Source of the DNA: Spongospora subterranea f. sp. subterranea
Taxonomy: Eukaryota
Direction: 5' to 3'
Length of the DNA stretch: 64,000 nucleotides
Assembly (NCBI GenBank): GCA_049724395.1
Contig: JAUGWO010000007.1
Coordinates: 62,001 to 126,000, forward strand
The notes beneath the pieces were generated by a model, which saw nothing but the letters and a program-made list of their open reading frames with translations, was not told the DNA's origin and did no database searches. Made by a program: the position numbers and the translations under genes. Shown piece by piece: positions 13,782 to 24,481 of the stretch. Position 1 is the stretch's first letter. Every line of letters starts with the position of its first letter.

Positions 13782-14805
13782 ACTGCTTGGGGTATTATAA
13801 GATAAAATTGCTTCATCGTGCCGCCGTAGGAAACCGGTCGAGTGTGATATTGGTTGATGAAGTAGCGGCTTGATACCAATAACCGATCATATTGCCGACA
13901 TTGCGCAGGTCCGCTGTAATTCTCTCATGGTTTTCAATTGGATGCCCCTTCATGCGAGATATTGACGTTGTGATAGTAATTGGCTATGAGCAAAAGGGTG
14001 GTTCTGATTGTTCAATGTAAGGACCGCGTGTGAACTTGGTTTGTTTTTATAAGTAATTGAACATTATGATAGCCGAATCTGTCATCCAGCTCAATCAAAC
14101 CTCTAGGCTGTTCAATAGTTGAACGTCTCATAGAGCTTTAAAGCACAAACAGTGTCATTTTAGCAATCCTTTGTTGCCTGTATGGAGTTTTCCAGAAGTT
14201 TCAGCCGATAAGGGCTACCAGGGTGCGCACCCGCGAGGTCACCCACAGCCCAGCCCACGCCGCTGGACCAGTTCCAACATCAGAGTTCTCGAAACTGCGA
14301 AAGTCTAAAATCCGCTACAGATGTTTGTGAAACACATGGTTCTTATCGTCAATAGACTCCGCCAAAGGATAATCATAATCTGCCGTCGTTGATCGCTAGT
14401 CTTTCTGTTCCGCTTCTCCTTCGTCATAATACATTAATCCAATTTAATCCATTCGAAAAGTGTGGTAAAATCGCTGATCACCCCTTGGTTGGACACAGAC
14501 CTTGAAAGGATAACGCGATTAGAGGGAGTGTGGCCTCCAGCTCTTGCGGATCGGCGAGGCCTCCATGCGGATCAGCGAGGCCTCTGACCTGTGCGACCGC
14601 CACCAGCGTCCAGCCCCTCTGTGTCTCAGCCTGCCATCGACTATATTGCAATAGAGTAAGGGCACTCTGAACGTCCAAATCCACCCTATTCTCCTGCTGA
14701 ACGCTTATTCTTGCTAATAGCGCTTCAATCGCGTCACATTGCCCACTGCAGTAGATGATCTCGTCTCCTTTAGGCTCATCTAGGACAAACTCAAAAGCTG
14801 ACAAA

Positions 14806-15461
14806 ATGGCTTCGTTTATCGCACAAAGTGGATTTTCCAGCGTGTTCAACAAGTTAATGACAAGGAACTGGCTACGAGGTCTGAGACCGCTCGATGCGTT
14901 CGCCGCGAAAGAATCGTTTTCTATGCCTCGAAATTTTGAGGTATTCCTTGATCCGTGGGGGTATATGCACTTGTTTTACGTTGGTTTTCAGGAAGCGTCA
15001 ACTCGTTTAGAACTTAATGCACAGTATTTTGCCACAAATTACGCCATTATACTTATGGTGGCTGTGTGTCTTGTTCTGTTAATGACGCCTATGCTGCTTG
15101 TTTTTGCTGTGATTGACGGGTATGCCTGGTTTTATGTATCGACGGTTGATGCGATCCCCATCCCCTACACACAATACCTGATCAGGGGCAAGAACAAATT
15201 TTACGCCATGGCTGGTATTACAGTATTCTTCATCATGTGTTTGGCGGGTACATCTCTTCTTCTCGTTATCGGTATTCATAAGATCACTGAAACCGACAGA
15301 GAATTAATCAATGTTGTCGCTAAGGTTTTGGCATAATATGCGCTGGAGCACATGCAGTAGCGCATGAGACTATGGTCGATGATCAGGATCTTGAGAATGG
15401 GGCTGCCACGATGACAGGTGTAATCACCGATGATTTGGAAGACGATATGGGGACGATCTGA
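14806..15461 (+). CDS. PRA1: PRA1 family protein (prenylated Rab acceptor)
   Basis: LRPLDAFA...FSMP, RLELNAQYFATNY, paired hydrophobic segments, terminal exon ...AHAVAH...DMGTI* after the second intron. Confidence 0.85.
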
Positions 15462-15571
15462 TATCAATGAATGAAATTATCGAATCAAACTGTTTATCAA
15501 ATCTGCTTTCAGGGTCCACTAACTCGATCAAACTATTTTCAGTCAATAGGCCGTTCTTATAATATCATTTT

Positions 15572-16495
15572 TCATTTCTTTGAGACACCCATATATCCAG
15601 CAACAACTCCAATTAACACTGATACAACGCACGCACCAAGGATTGAAGCATGCTTGCAATAAGCTGGCATCGAGGTACATGTTCCGATACCACAAAAACT
15701 CTTCGATGGATGCTCAATCTTTTTCAAAACGGCACGTGACTTTGGTAAATCATTTCCGTCGTAGACGTAGTACTGAGCAAACATATCGTTTTGAATCCAG
15801 AGAAGCTTATTGAAAGCCAGAAGCGTCTTTTTCTTAGCAAGAGGATCCAAAGGCAAATCTGATATGGCGCCGATTAGAATGCTTTCAACATATGCAAGGA
15901 GTGCATTGATATGAATATATTCGACATTGATCGATGTCTTTTTCCCAGGGTTTTTTGTATGAATCTGAGAGCACAATCAGATAATACGACATACAATGCC
16001 AATTTATCCCATACCACAGCAACCCAATCAAGATACTTGATAAAACTCTCATTATATTCAGAGGAAACCAATTTAACAATGTACTTGGAAAGCATGTCCT
16101 TGCGGAACTTGATCTGTTCACTGAGCAAGTGGTCAGCATTGCGCGTGGACACGGCTCAACAACAGAAAAACCTGTTTTGTGCTAATTGTTGGAATTCGGT
16201 AATCGACGTTCCATTGAAGCCTTCCATACGATCAGCGAAAACTTTTTTTGTAATGTCGAACGAAAACAGTTTAGTGTAAACTAACCATCACAATCATTCA
16301 GCTTAGAGGGATCAGGAAAATTACAAGCCGATGTGTCCTACCTGCGTCTACAACGGTACCAACTAAAGGCGAAAGATATGATGCAGAATCGTGGATTGCT
16401 TTCTTGTCTTCATCATTAAAGTCGACAAACTTAGCGACGTAGTTAAACCTGTACGCCAAATCGGTATAAAGAAGATCGCGATCAATCGTCTGCAT
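15572..16495 (-). CDS. Protoglobin / globin-sensor family protein with C-terminal hydrophobic tail
   Basis: LYTDLAYRFNYVAKFVDFNDED, VVDAVYTKLFSFDIT, IKFRKDMLSKY, YLDWVA-QIHT, INVEYIHINALL, AFNKLLWIQNDMF match the fungal-type protoglobin family. Confidence 0.85.
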
Positions 16496-16726
16496 GATGA
16501 AGACTCCAACAGAACCAGAATTCGAATGACGGTACACTGCTTGAAATAGCGCATGCTGAGCCAAGTCCCGTGCTGTCCCCGCCGCCAACAGCACCGATAA
16601 CTGTCCCGCAGTCGCGATAATGTAACGCCAAAGGTGGAGAAGCAGTTGGTGTGCAGGCCGACCCGGTACTGTATTTTGATGAATGTGACGGCTCCCGACG
16701 GTATCATTATGAATGTCTGAGTGCAA

Positions 16727-16836
16727 ACGCACCCTATTGTCAAGGAAAAGTCACGCACCCGACATAGTCAAGGAAAGTCGCGCACCCGATAGTCAAGGAA
16801 AGTCGCTCGCCCCATCGTCAATTCAAAAGTCACGAC
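16727..16836. repeat. 3-4 degenerate ~25-28 bp direct repeats (GTCAAGGAAAGTCRCGCACCC) in a divergent intergenic region
   Basis: Copies at 16739, 16767 and 16792, with a degenerate copy at 16817. Confidence 0.8.
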
Positions 16837-16948
16837 AGTCAACTTGATGTAAAAAGATAAACCGATCAAATATTTGCTTGTGAGGCGTGAGTCATCGCTC
16901 AATGTTTTGTTGACCAGTGCATCCATCAAATGTCAGTTAATTTATTGG

Positions 16949-18214
16949 ATGGCAAAGTATCCTCTATGTGTGTCTGATATAATCTTCAAAACATCAGTGC
17001 GTGTAGATTCTTTCCAACAAGATCAATGCCGCTTGTTCAATTCCATTATTGATTCTTTAGACAGTCGCGATCCACCGAGTCATATAGATCTATCCTTCAT
17101 CACCTTGACCATCAAACCACTAAAGCTGCTTGTTGACCGTCTTGTCAGGAATCGCTCTGTATCTGTCATTTTGTTAAAAGGGGCCAACCTTGGTGATAAA
17201 GGGGCTGGCCTGATCGCGACTCTTATCAGTCGGAACCGAACAATTCTCAGAATGGATTTGAGCCGAAATCTTTTCAGCGCCAAAGGCATGGCCCTGATCG
17301 CTGCAGGATTATCCAAGAACAACGTTCTTACCAGTCTTGACCTAAGCTACAATGGAATAGGTTGCGAAGGTTGTCAACATCTATCCGAATATCTATCTAA
17401 GAGCATATGCAGTTTGCGATGGTTGAACCTATTTCACAACGCAATCAAAGATCACGGCGTCAAAATCATTTCAGCAGCTTTGACGCTGAACAAATCATTG
17501 TTGTTTCTGAATATTGGCCGAAATCACATTACAACCAAAGCAGCGGAATTTCTTGGCGATGGGATGCGATCTAATAAGGTTCTGAATGGCCTTGATCTGT
17601 CGTATAACGGGTTGGACAAGCAAAGCGTCGGTTTCATTACCAAATCCTTAACGGTCTCATCTATCAACGCTCTCTTTCTTCGTGGAAATAAGCTTGGTAA
17701 CGAGGGCGCCGCTCTAATTGGAGATGCCGTTCAACGGTCACGCCAATTGCGATGCCTTGATATTAGAGAGAACGGGATTGACTCAAGCGGTATATCATCC
17801 TTAACAAGTTTCAAATACTCTAATCTCCAAGTACTACTGGCAACTGTAGTAGTTCGCGATTCCGCTCTGGGAAGTAGAGAAGAACATGTTGTCGTACTGG
17901 ATCCGCGTTTGATGCTGACCTCACCCAGGAATGCAGATCAAAATATGAGTGATGAGGGGGATTCCAGATCAGATGATTCAACGGAATGGAGCCAATCAAC
18001 AGTGAGCAGCACTGGAGGGTCAGAACTCATATCCGATACACGCAGGTATGAGGATCGGAACGATTTTCGGCAACCTATATTTGAAGATCGGGCGGGTAAA
18101 AAAAAGGCTGACGGGTACAATCGAGAGCAGCCAGAGGTACAACGGCTCAGCAGCTGGGGCCTTCGACATTTATTATCAGATAACAGACAAACAAATATAC
18201 AAAAAAATATTTAA
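16949..18214 (+). CDS. Ribonuclease-inhibitor-like (NLRC3-type) leucine-rich repeat protein
   Basis: Repeated ~28-aa LxxLxLxxNxIxxxGxxxLxxxL units, e.g. LTSLDLSYNGIGCEGCQHLSEYL. Acidic/Ser-rich tail. Confidence 0.85.
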   Translation: MAKYPLCVSDIIFKTSVRVDSFQQDQCRLFNSIIDSLDSRDPPSHIDLSFITLTIKPLKLLVDRLVRNRSVSVILLKGANLGDKGAGLIATLISRNRTILRMDLSRNLFSAKGMALIAAGLSKNNVLTSLDLSYNGIGCEGCQHLSEYLSKSICSLRWLNLFHNAIKDHGVKIISAALTLNKSLLFLNIGRNHITTKAAEFLGDGMRSNKVLNGLDLSYNGLDKQSVGFITKSLTVSSINALFLRGNKLGNEGAALIGDAVQRSRQLRCLDIRENGIDSSGISSLTSFKYSNLQVLLATVVVRDSALGSREEHVVVLDPRLMLTSPRNADQNMSDEGDSRSDDSTEWSQSTVSSTGGSELISDTRRYEDRNDFRQPIFEDRAGKKKADGYNREQPEVQRLSSWGLRHLLSDNRQTNIQKNI

Positions 18215-18216
18215 CA

Positions 18217-18301
18217 TGTGTTCGACGGGATTTGAACCCGCGCTCCGCGAACGAAACTAGCGCCTTAAGCTAGCGCCTTAGACCAACTCGGCCACAAACA
18301 C
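18217..18301 (-). tRNA. tRNA-Leu (anticodon AAG)
   Basis: Acceptor stem GTGTTTG/CGAACAC, A box TGGCCGAGTTGG, anticodon arm CTAGC-TTAAGGC-GCTAG, long variable arm, B box GGTTCAAATCC, T7 terminator downstream (A-run 18201-18207). Confidence 0.93.
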
Positions 18302-18556
18302 AGTCTATCTATGGGGTAACGTGGATGGCGTCTATTAGTAGGGTAACAGCTGGTACCTGTTGTTTCGCCTTTTATTCTGAGGGTGAGTTTTATCCAATGC
18401 CTTTACTCCATTTTCAACGACGTCGTTGCAGATTATTGTCCACATTGCATGTTCCTTCTACAAATGTTGGTGATTCCGTGTCTTGATCATATCGAACGGC
18501 AGCGGTTCTTGCCACGCTCTACCAGTTTCAGCTTTGTCAAGTAAACAAGCATTGTC

Positions 18557-19080
18557 TTATTTCCTCACCCGTTTGATAAAGCCTGTCGGGGTGCTCGATG
18601 TGAAGATGTGAAGAGTGGCGCGCTCCGATATACCGTCTCGACATCTTTTGATAAAATCTTCCAGTCGTGGTAAATCACGATTGACAATAAACGTCCAAAA
18701 GGTTAACGTCAGTTCGGATGAATAGGTTTGGTGGTAGTTCATTTAGTTGACTTTGAGTAATCCGTGTATTCTAGTTGACTTTGAGTAATCCTTGTATTTT
18801 AGTTGACTTTGAGTAACCCTTGTCACAAATCGAGCATTGTACAGGGAAGTTCCGTCCGACTTTTTCTATCTTAGTAAAAATTTCCATCTGACGATATACG
18901 CCCCTATGCACGAGCCACAGCCAATCATTCAGGTTATGGTCGCCTAAGGTATCGAGGTGGCCGGGGTAATGTACGATTTATCTTTAGCGCGTTTCATCTA
19001 CGCCCAGTCTCCAATAGAAGTTGTCCCTGCAATATTTTGGGATCAGTTTTAGTCCTGCATAAGCACTGACGTCTCGTATG
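18557..19080 (-). mobile_element. Degenerate Ty1/Copia reverse-transcriptase remnant
   Basis: Across frameshifts the minus strand reads RW...KKSDGTSLYNARFV/KGYS...NYHQTYS, matching Copia KWVF...DG...YKARLVAKGYSQ...DY.ETFS. Confidence 0.6.
18744..18823. repeat. 28-bp tandem triplication inside the Copia remnant
   Basis: TAGTTGACTTTGAGTAATCC.TGTATT at 18744, 18772 and 18800. Confidence 0.9.
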
Positions 19081-20600
19081 TTGCGGGAGAATTTGTGTTC
19101 AGGTAGGTGTCCTTGTTTAGACGTTCTGATCATTCGACCGGCCATTGGAATTCGTTTGGCAGTCTGCGGCGACTTTGGATTGTCATGATTTGTTTTTAAC
19201 AGTCGTATCGATTGCTGGTGTTTGCCTATTACTGATTGTTGTCATTCGTCTGTCAGTGGTCACCGACACCAGCATGATCTGTGATGATTCCAGATCTTGT
19301 TCTGGTCATGGTCAGCGTTAGGGAAGCGTGGGGACTCTCAATCGGATCAGCTGGATCGTGACTATACCACGATATGTGAGGAAAAAGTTAGTCGTTGTAA
19401 AATATATTTTTCTTTGTAGCTGCGCCTACTCCGTCTGATGTCACCAACAGCGTTTTAAAAGTCAAGTCACTATGCATTTGGTTAACAACGCTAACAAGAA
19501 AACAGCAAATCAGCAGTAACTCGGATTAGAAAATATACAAAAAAATCGAATCGAATGAACAAGCTACATTCACATATTGTTTATAGCACCAAAGTTGGAC
19601 ACTAAGCTAAAGATGGAGCATCAGGAGCCCTTTAATCATACTGCATTATCTTTTCTCTAAAATCTACACGCCGTCCAAGACATCTTCTGGACAACTTCGC
19701 ATAAGCGTGTCCACATCGGTAGTCGTGATGACATGAAGACGATAACGGTAGATTATATTCAATATATGCTGTGGTTTCAATATATACCGCAAGTCGGAAC
19801 TACACTTCAACAATAAAGGGTGAGCTGGTGAAATTTGGAGTTGCCCTTCTTCCAGTAACTACCAGGGGTAGAACGCTGCTGAAGATCATAACCGCCACCA
19901 AAGAATATATGGGCTCGGGCAGAGAACGTGCATGGAACTCGTTATATTGCGCGGAAGACGGAGTGTGGTGTTAACAGGCGATTATCGGTTGGGAGTGAGC
20001 GAGGTGTCTGTAGTAACGGGAGGTAACTGTAATAATCGACTGTATAGGAGGAGTTGGTGAGGGGGACGCCAGATAAACCCGCTCCAGGGTCGGGGCCGCA
20101 TCTGTGATCGCCTCATTGACACCGTCAACCGCGAAACACACAATCATCCGGGCGGCTCCCGGGGGCCACACTCTCCAACTATGCAGGAACTGGACGACGC
20201 TCATAAGAAAAAACCGAATGAGCTGTGGGTCGAGGAAATTGCATTGCTGCAAGCGTACGCTGAGTTCAGAGAGGAGCGGGCAAAAGTAGAGTCTCATTCA
20301 AACCACTTTCTTATACTGAGAACCATCATCAGATTGTTGAACCAGTTAAACTCCTAAAAGAGCACGGCCCGCCAAAAAAGCAATCCATTGAATCTGTCGC
20401 GAAGTCGTTGCAGTCCCAGGTCGATTTGAGCAACCGTTATGTGTAGTTCTTTTACTTAACCAGATTTTTGATAGTTCAAAAATGAAAATCGTCATGCTGT
20501 GGTTCCAAAACATCGACCTCGACGTAAAGGCATTGGATCTGGTGCAGATTCAAGCCACGAAGATTTGGAGACAGTGAAACAGCGTCCAAAGCATGTCGAT

Positions 20601-23600
20601 ATGTCATTTCAGAAGTCACTGGAATTCAACTTATCACATAGCTTAATGACCATTCCCAAGAATGCAGGTTGGTTTATCTTGGATCAACGTTCATCGCCGA
20701 TGATGAACGTTAATTGCCACAGATCATCAAGCAGACGAAAATGCCGCATTTTCGTCGCACCGTCCTCTGCACGAAGTTTTACATTTGTTTAACCCAGACG
20801 GATCTCTGTTCCGAAAAACTGTCAGTTATGCTGGCGCATATTCCGACAGTGCAATCAATCCACTCTGGATTATGTCGGAAGATTCAATATCGCCGCTCGA
20901 AGCTCTTGTTATTGCAAAAGCAGAGCTGTGCCGTGTCAAAAATCAGTTAGATCCTTTGGTCAATAAGGTTGAATTTTCCTTCAGTTTCCGAATGTGTACT
21001 GAAGTTAATGTTTTCTCCATTCAGTATGGTCGTGATAAATGGTCACAGCACACAGCCTCATTAAACCCTAGTGGGATGGTCGTTCGCCATCTACGCCAGA
21101 CATGTAAGACCGAGATGGGAACCAATGCCTGGACAAAATTATTTGAAGTTAAGACGCTTTTTTTATATTGCCTGCGCTCACCGATATCGGACAGATTATG
21201 GATCATTTCCAGGAAGCCGTTCCCGCTCATTCTATATCACAAGGCACGCTACGCTCATTGCATCTTTGTGAAGCTCCGGGAGCGTTTGTATGCGCTTTGA
21301 ATCATTTCATTCGCACAAATCATTCTGAGATGGATTTCCATTGGCTGGCGTCTTCGCTTAATCCATACCACGATGATAATGAAGGATTGTGGATGGTACG
21401 GGACGATAAATTCATCAAGAAGACCAGGTAATTTAGCCGATTGAGCATACTTCAATCTGCTAATGCCCTGCTTCAGGCGTCATTGGTTATTTGGCGCTGA
21501 CGACACGGGGCAACTAATGAAAATCGATAACATCCGTCATATCTGGCAGGAAATAGGAGATCAGAAAATTGATATCGTGACTGCAGACGGGAGTTTGGAC
21601 AGTTTTAACCAACCCAATGAAGAGGTATCATTTATCTTTTCAGCACTGATGGTAGTGACATTTACCTTTCAACATGCAGGAGAGCATATCGTTTCCTTTG
21701 ATACTTGCCGAGCTTGTCTGTGCTCTAGGGTGCTTAGCCCCTGGAGGCACACTGATTCTTAAAAGTTTCACCATTTTGGAATCGCAATCTGTCGCATTGC
21801 TTTACATTTGCCAACAATCGTTCAGCATCGTGCATTTATTTAAACCTGTAACAGCACGGCCTGGAAACGGAGAATTGTAACTTCAATACTTGGCCATTGA
21901 TGAGTGAAAAAAATTTCTTACGTTAACAATTGTCAGATATGTCGTCGCCATCGGCTATCGCCCAGTTTCACCTGTTCTTCTTGAGAAGCTTGCTGCCGTT
22001 GTCAGTCCATCTATATCCGGGGCTTTACTACCCATAGAACAAATTCCTCCAAATTTTATTGAGGAAACCGTCAACATGGCTTTGTTCTTCCAGAAGTTTC
22101 AAGTAGGATATTCATGTTGTATTTTTTTATGATCAATTCAACGAATCTCTAATCAGATGGATGCCATTAATGCTAGTATCCAGTTGTTCCAAAATTTTCA
22201 TTTTCAGGAAAAAGAAGATTTTCAATCGATAAAGCGAAAGGTGATATTACTAGATATTCCTCAAGGGTTTTCACCGTTTTTTCTAAACTTCATCAGATAT
22301 CAACTCAGTTTGTTGCTGAGTTTCATGTTTTGTCGTTACCAGTCAATGAGCGATTGGTCTTTGATGAGTATGTTGACGGAGGCCGGCCTGTATTTGGGAA
22401 TGATGATAATCCCCAAAAGCTTATGGAGGGTCATGCAATTGAAACAACAACAACACTTAGGCCGATACGATCAGCTGACGACAATTCACGATTTGAAAAT
22501 GCAAGCCGCCCTGGCTGTCTAGCAATTCGTTGAATTTACATTATACTTTGTTCAGACGTCGATGTCGCCGCCCACCAAGAGGTCACGGCATACAGCTCGA
22601 GAGGGAGCACTTCCTTCCAACTCTCCCAATCTGACGCCGTCCACTGTATCGTCTGGCGATTCACCTAATGCTGCCATCACACCTATCCACACAGTGCCTG
22701 GTATGGTTCACTCATTCAAGGACGCTGGTAGTGTTATCCATATTCACTCACGATTTAGTGCTCATTTCGCCTCAGTGTATACCTTACTCAATTTGCCCTA
22801 CGCATCTGTTGCCAAGCAATGTCTTGGCATGCAATTAGATCGAGATATCATTGCAAAACCTGAGAAATATGTAATTACGTGGCTACCGGAGTCCCCTCTG
22901 TCGTTTTTGTTTATCCTCGATGAAGGCGTGTTTATTATGCCGATCAGTCAGATTTCACCCTTGCCCATTCCTAGATGTCCTTATAATGTTGCATAGATGA
23001 ATCCAGTCCGCCCGTACTTTTGAGCACTGTTGAGTTCCCAAGAAGGAAAAAAGGAGGGAATATTCATAAGACAATAGTTTGCGGTCACCTTGTTGTCGAT
23101 CAGGATCATCAGGTTTTGGAACCCCTACAATCTTGTTTAGCCTCTGAGCCTTTTATTAGGACCGTATTCACCGGTTTCTTATAACAGATGTACTGGTTTT
23201 TGAAGGCCATATTCTGTCATCTGAAAGCCTTCATCTTCGGTTAGAAGTTGGTCGTGTCGAAATTGTCAACCCTATCAAGGTAATCTGCCTGAGCATCGCA
23301 ATCCTCTTGTATTGACGCATTCATTAGCAACGTGCTTTGGAATCTGGCGTCAAGCTTTCAGTATCATTCAGGATTATACCAGTGTTCCCGTTTGAGCATA
23401 TCAATTCATTGCGCTCGATATTAAAATCATTAACACATTCTGCTTATGGCCTTGTGTTTCTTCGGGTAGCGCCCAGGAAGATGAGGTATTTTACAAGCTG
23501 CTCCTCCTTAGTGTGCAATTCAAAATGTTTCAGCGACAACGATAACGTTCACGAAGCGATGAGGTACACGATCATGCTCAGTGACCGATGTGAAGCAGCA

Positions 23601-23663
23601 GGAATCCCTCTTCCCTTTGGAACCATTCCACAGCAAGAGCTGTTCGACTTACTCCATCGTTGA
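20601..23663 (+). CDS. CMTR2: CMTR2-like cap-specific 2'-O-methyltransferase (RrmJ/FtsJ fold) with C-terminal degenerate guanylyltransferase-like domain; start approximate
   Basis: TNAWTKLFE, SLHLCEAPGAFVCALNH, WLASSLNPYH, WLFGADDTG, VTADGS, GGTLILK, KPVTARPGNGELY. Downstream exons contain YVITW.../TIVCGHLVVD/RFLITDVLVFEG/LTHSAYGLVF. Confidence 0.85.
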
Positions 23664-23872
23664 CCCTCAACAAACACGTCATCATTCAGCTGTTATGTTC
23701 ATATTTTTGTAATAACCTAATAAATTATATATTTTATATCTCATTCGAAGTGGTCGCGTTCTCTGCCTTCCAGATCCGATGAATCTGACCACATTGATGA
23801 CTCAGCTGTTCACCGGAAATTGACTCACCTCTTGGTTCCTTCTGGTATCATTCGTTATTATTTTCTGCGGCA

Positions 23873-24310
23873 ATGAAACCAACGTTTTTCTTTGTCCTCT
23901 CCCCGCGTTTGGGAATGCGAATTTTAGCAGGTTGCGTCCTCATCTCAATAATCATTGATGTCGTGATTTTCTCAACGCAGTTCAAGGCCATGAAAAATTC
24001 CACAGTCCCTAGTGGATATATTGTCACCATAATAATGTCAGCCATCGAAAACTTAGCAAAAGTCGGATTTATTGTTGCAGCAATAATAGCTACATTCAAG
24101 AGGAGCGTAGTTACTGCTTTCGTCGCTTTCCTTCTGGCTATGGTCGGATTTATCGTCAATCTAATCAACGTACTGAATGTGGCGTGGACCTCCGATAGTG
24201 TCGATTTAGCAGCCAGGGTCCTGATATCGACAGCATTCTGGATGTATGCTCAAACGAAAGCGTATGATTACTACAAGTTGATCAAAGAGGATGGTGGCGA
24301 TCTCCCATAA
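23873..24310 (+). CDS. Small four-TM membrane protein of unknown function
   Basis: Intronless 145-aa ORF with four hydrophobic segments. Confidence 0.65.
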   Translation: MKPTFFFVLSPRLGMRILAGCVLISIIIDVVIFSTQFKAMKNSTVPSGYIVTIIMSAIENLAKVGFIVAAIIATFKRSVVTAFVAFLLAMVGFIVNLINVLNVAWTSDSVDLAARVLISTAFWMYAQTKAYDYYKLIKEDGGDLP

Positions 24311-24481
24311 TTCTACAAGTACTTCGTACATCTTCAAGATTTGCATTGAATTGTGGCAAAATGACCGTATCATACAGACTGCAAATATATTTTCTTCATC
24401 CTTTCATGCCGAACATATCGGGTACTCGATCCTCAGGATTTAATAGATTCCCCATGCTTTTAGAATAAGAACCGTGGCTAC

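Noticed and set aside
14478..14852. 124-aa minus-strand ORF with a short 21-bp duplication (GLADP twice)
   Set aside because: Non-ATG start, overlaps the PRA1 start region, no family similarity.
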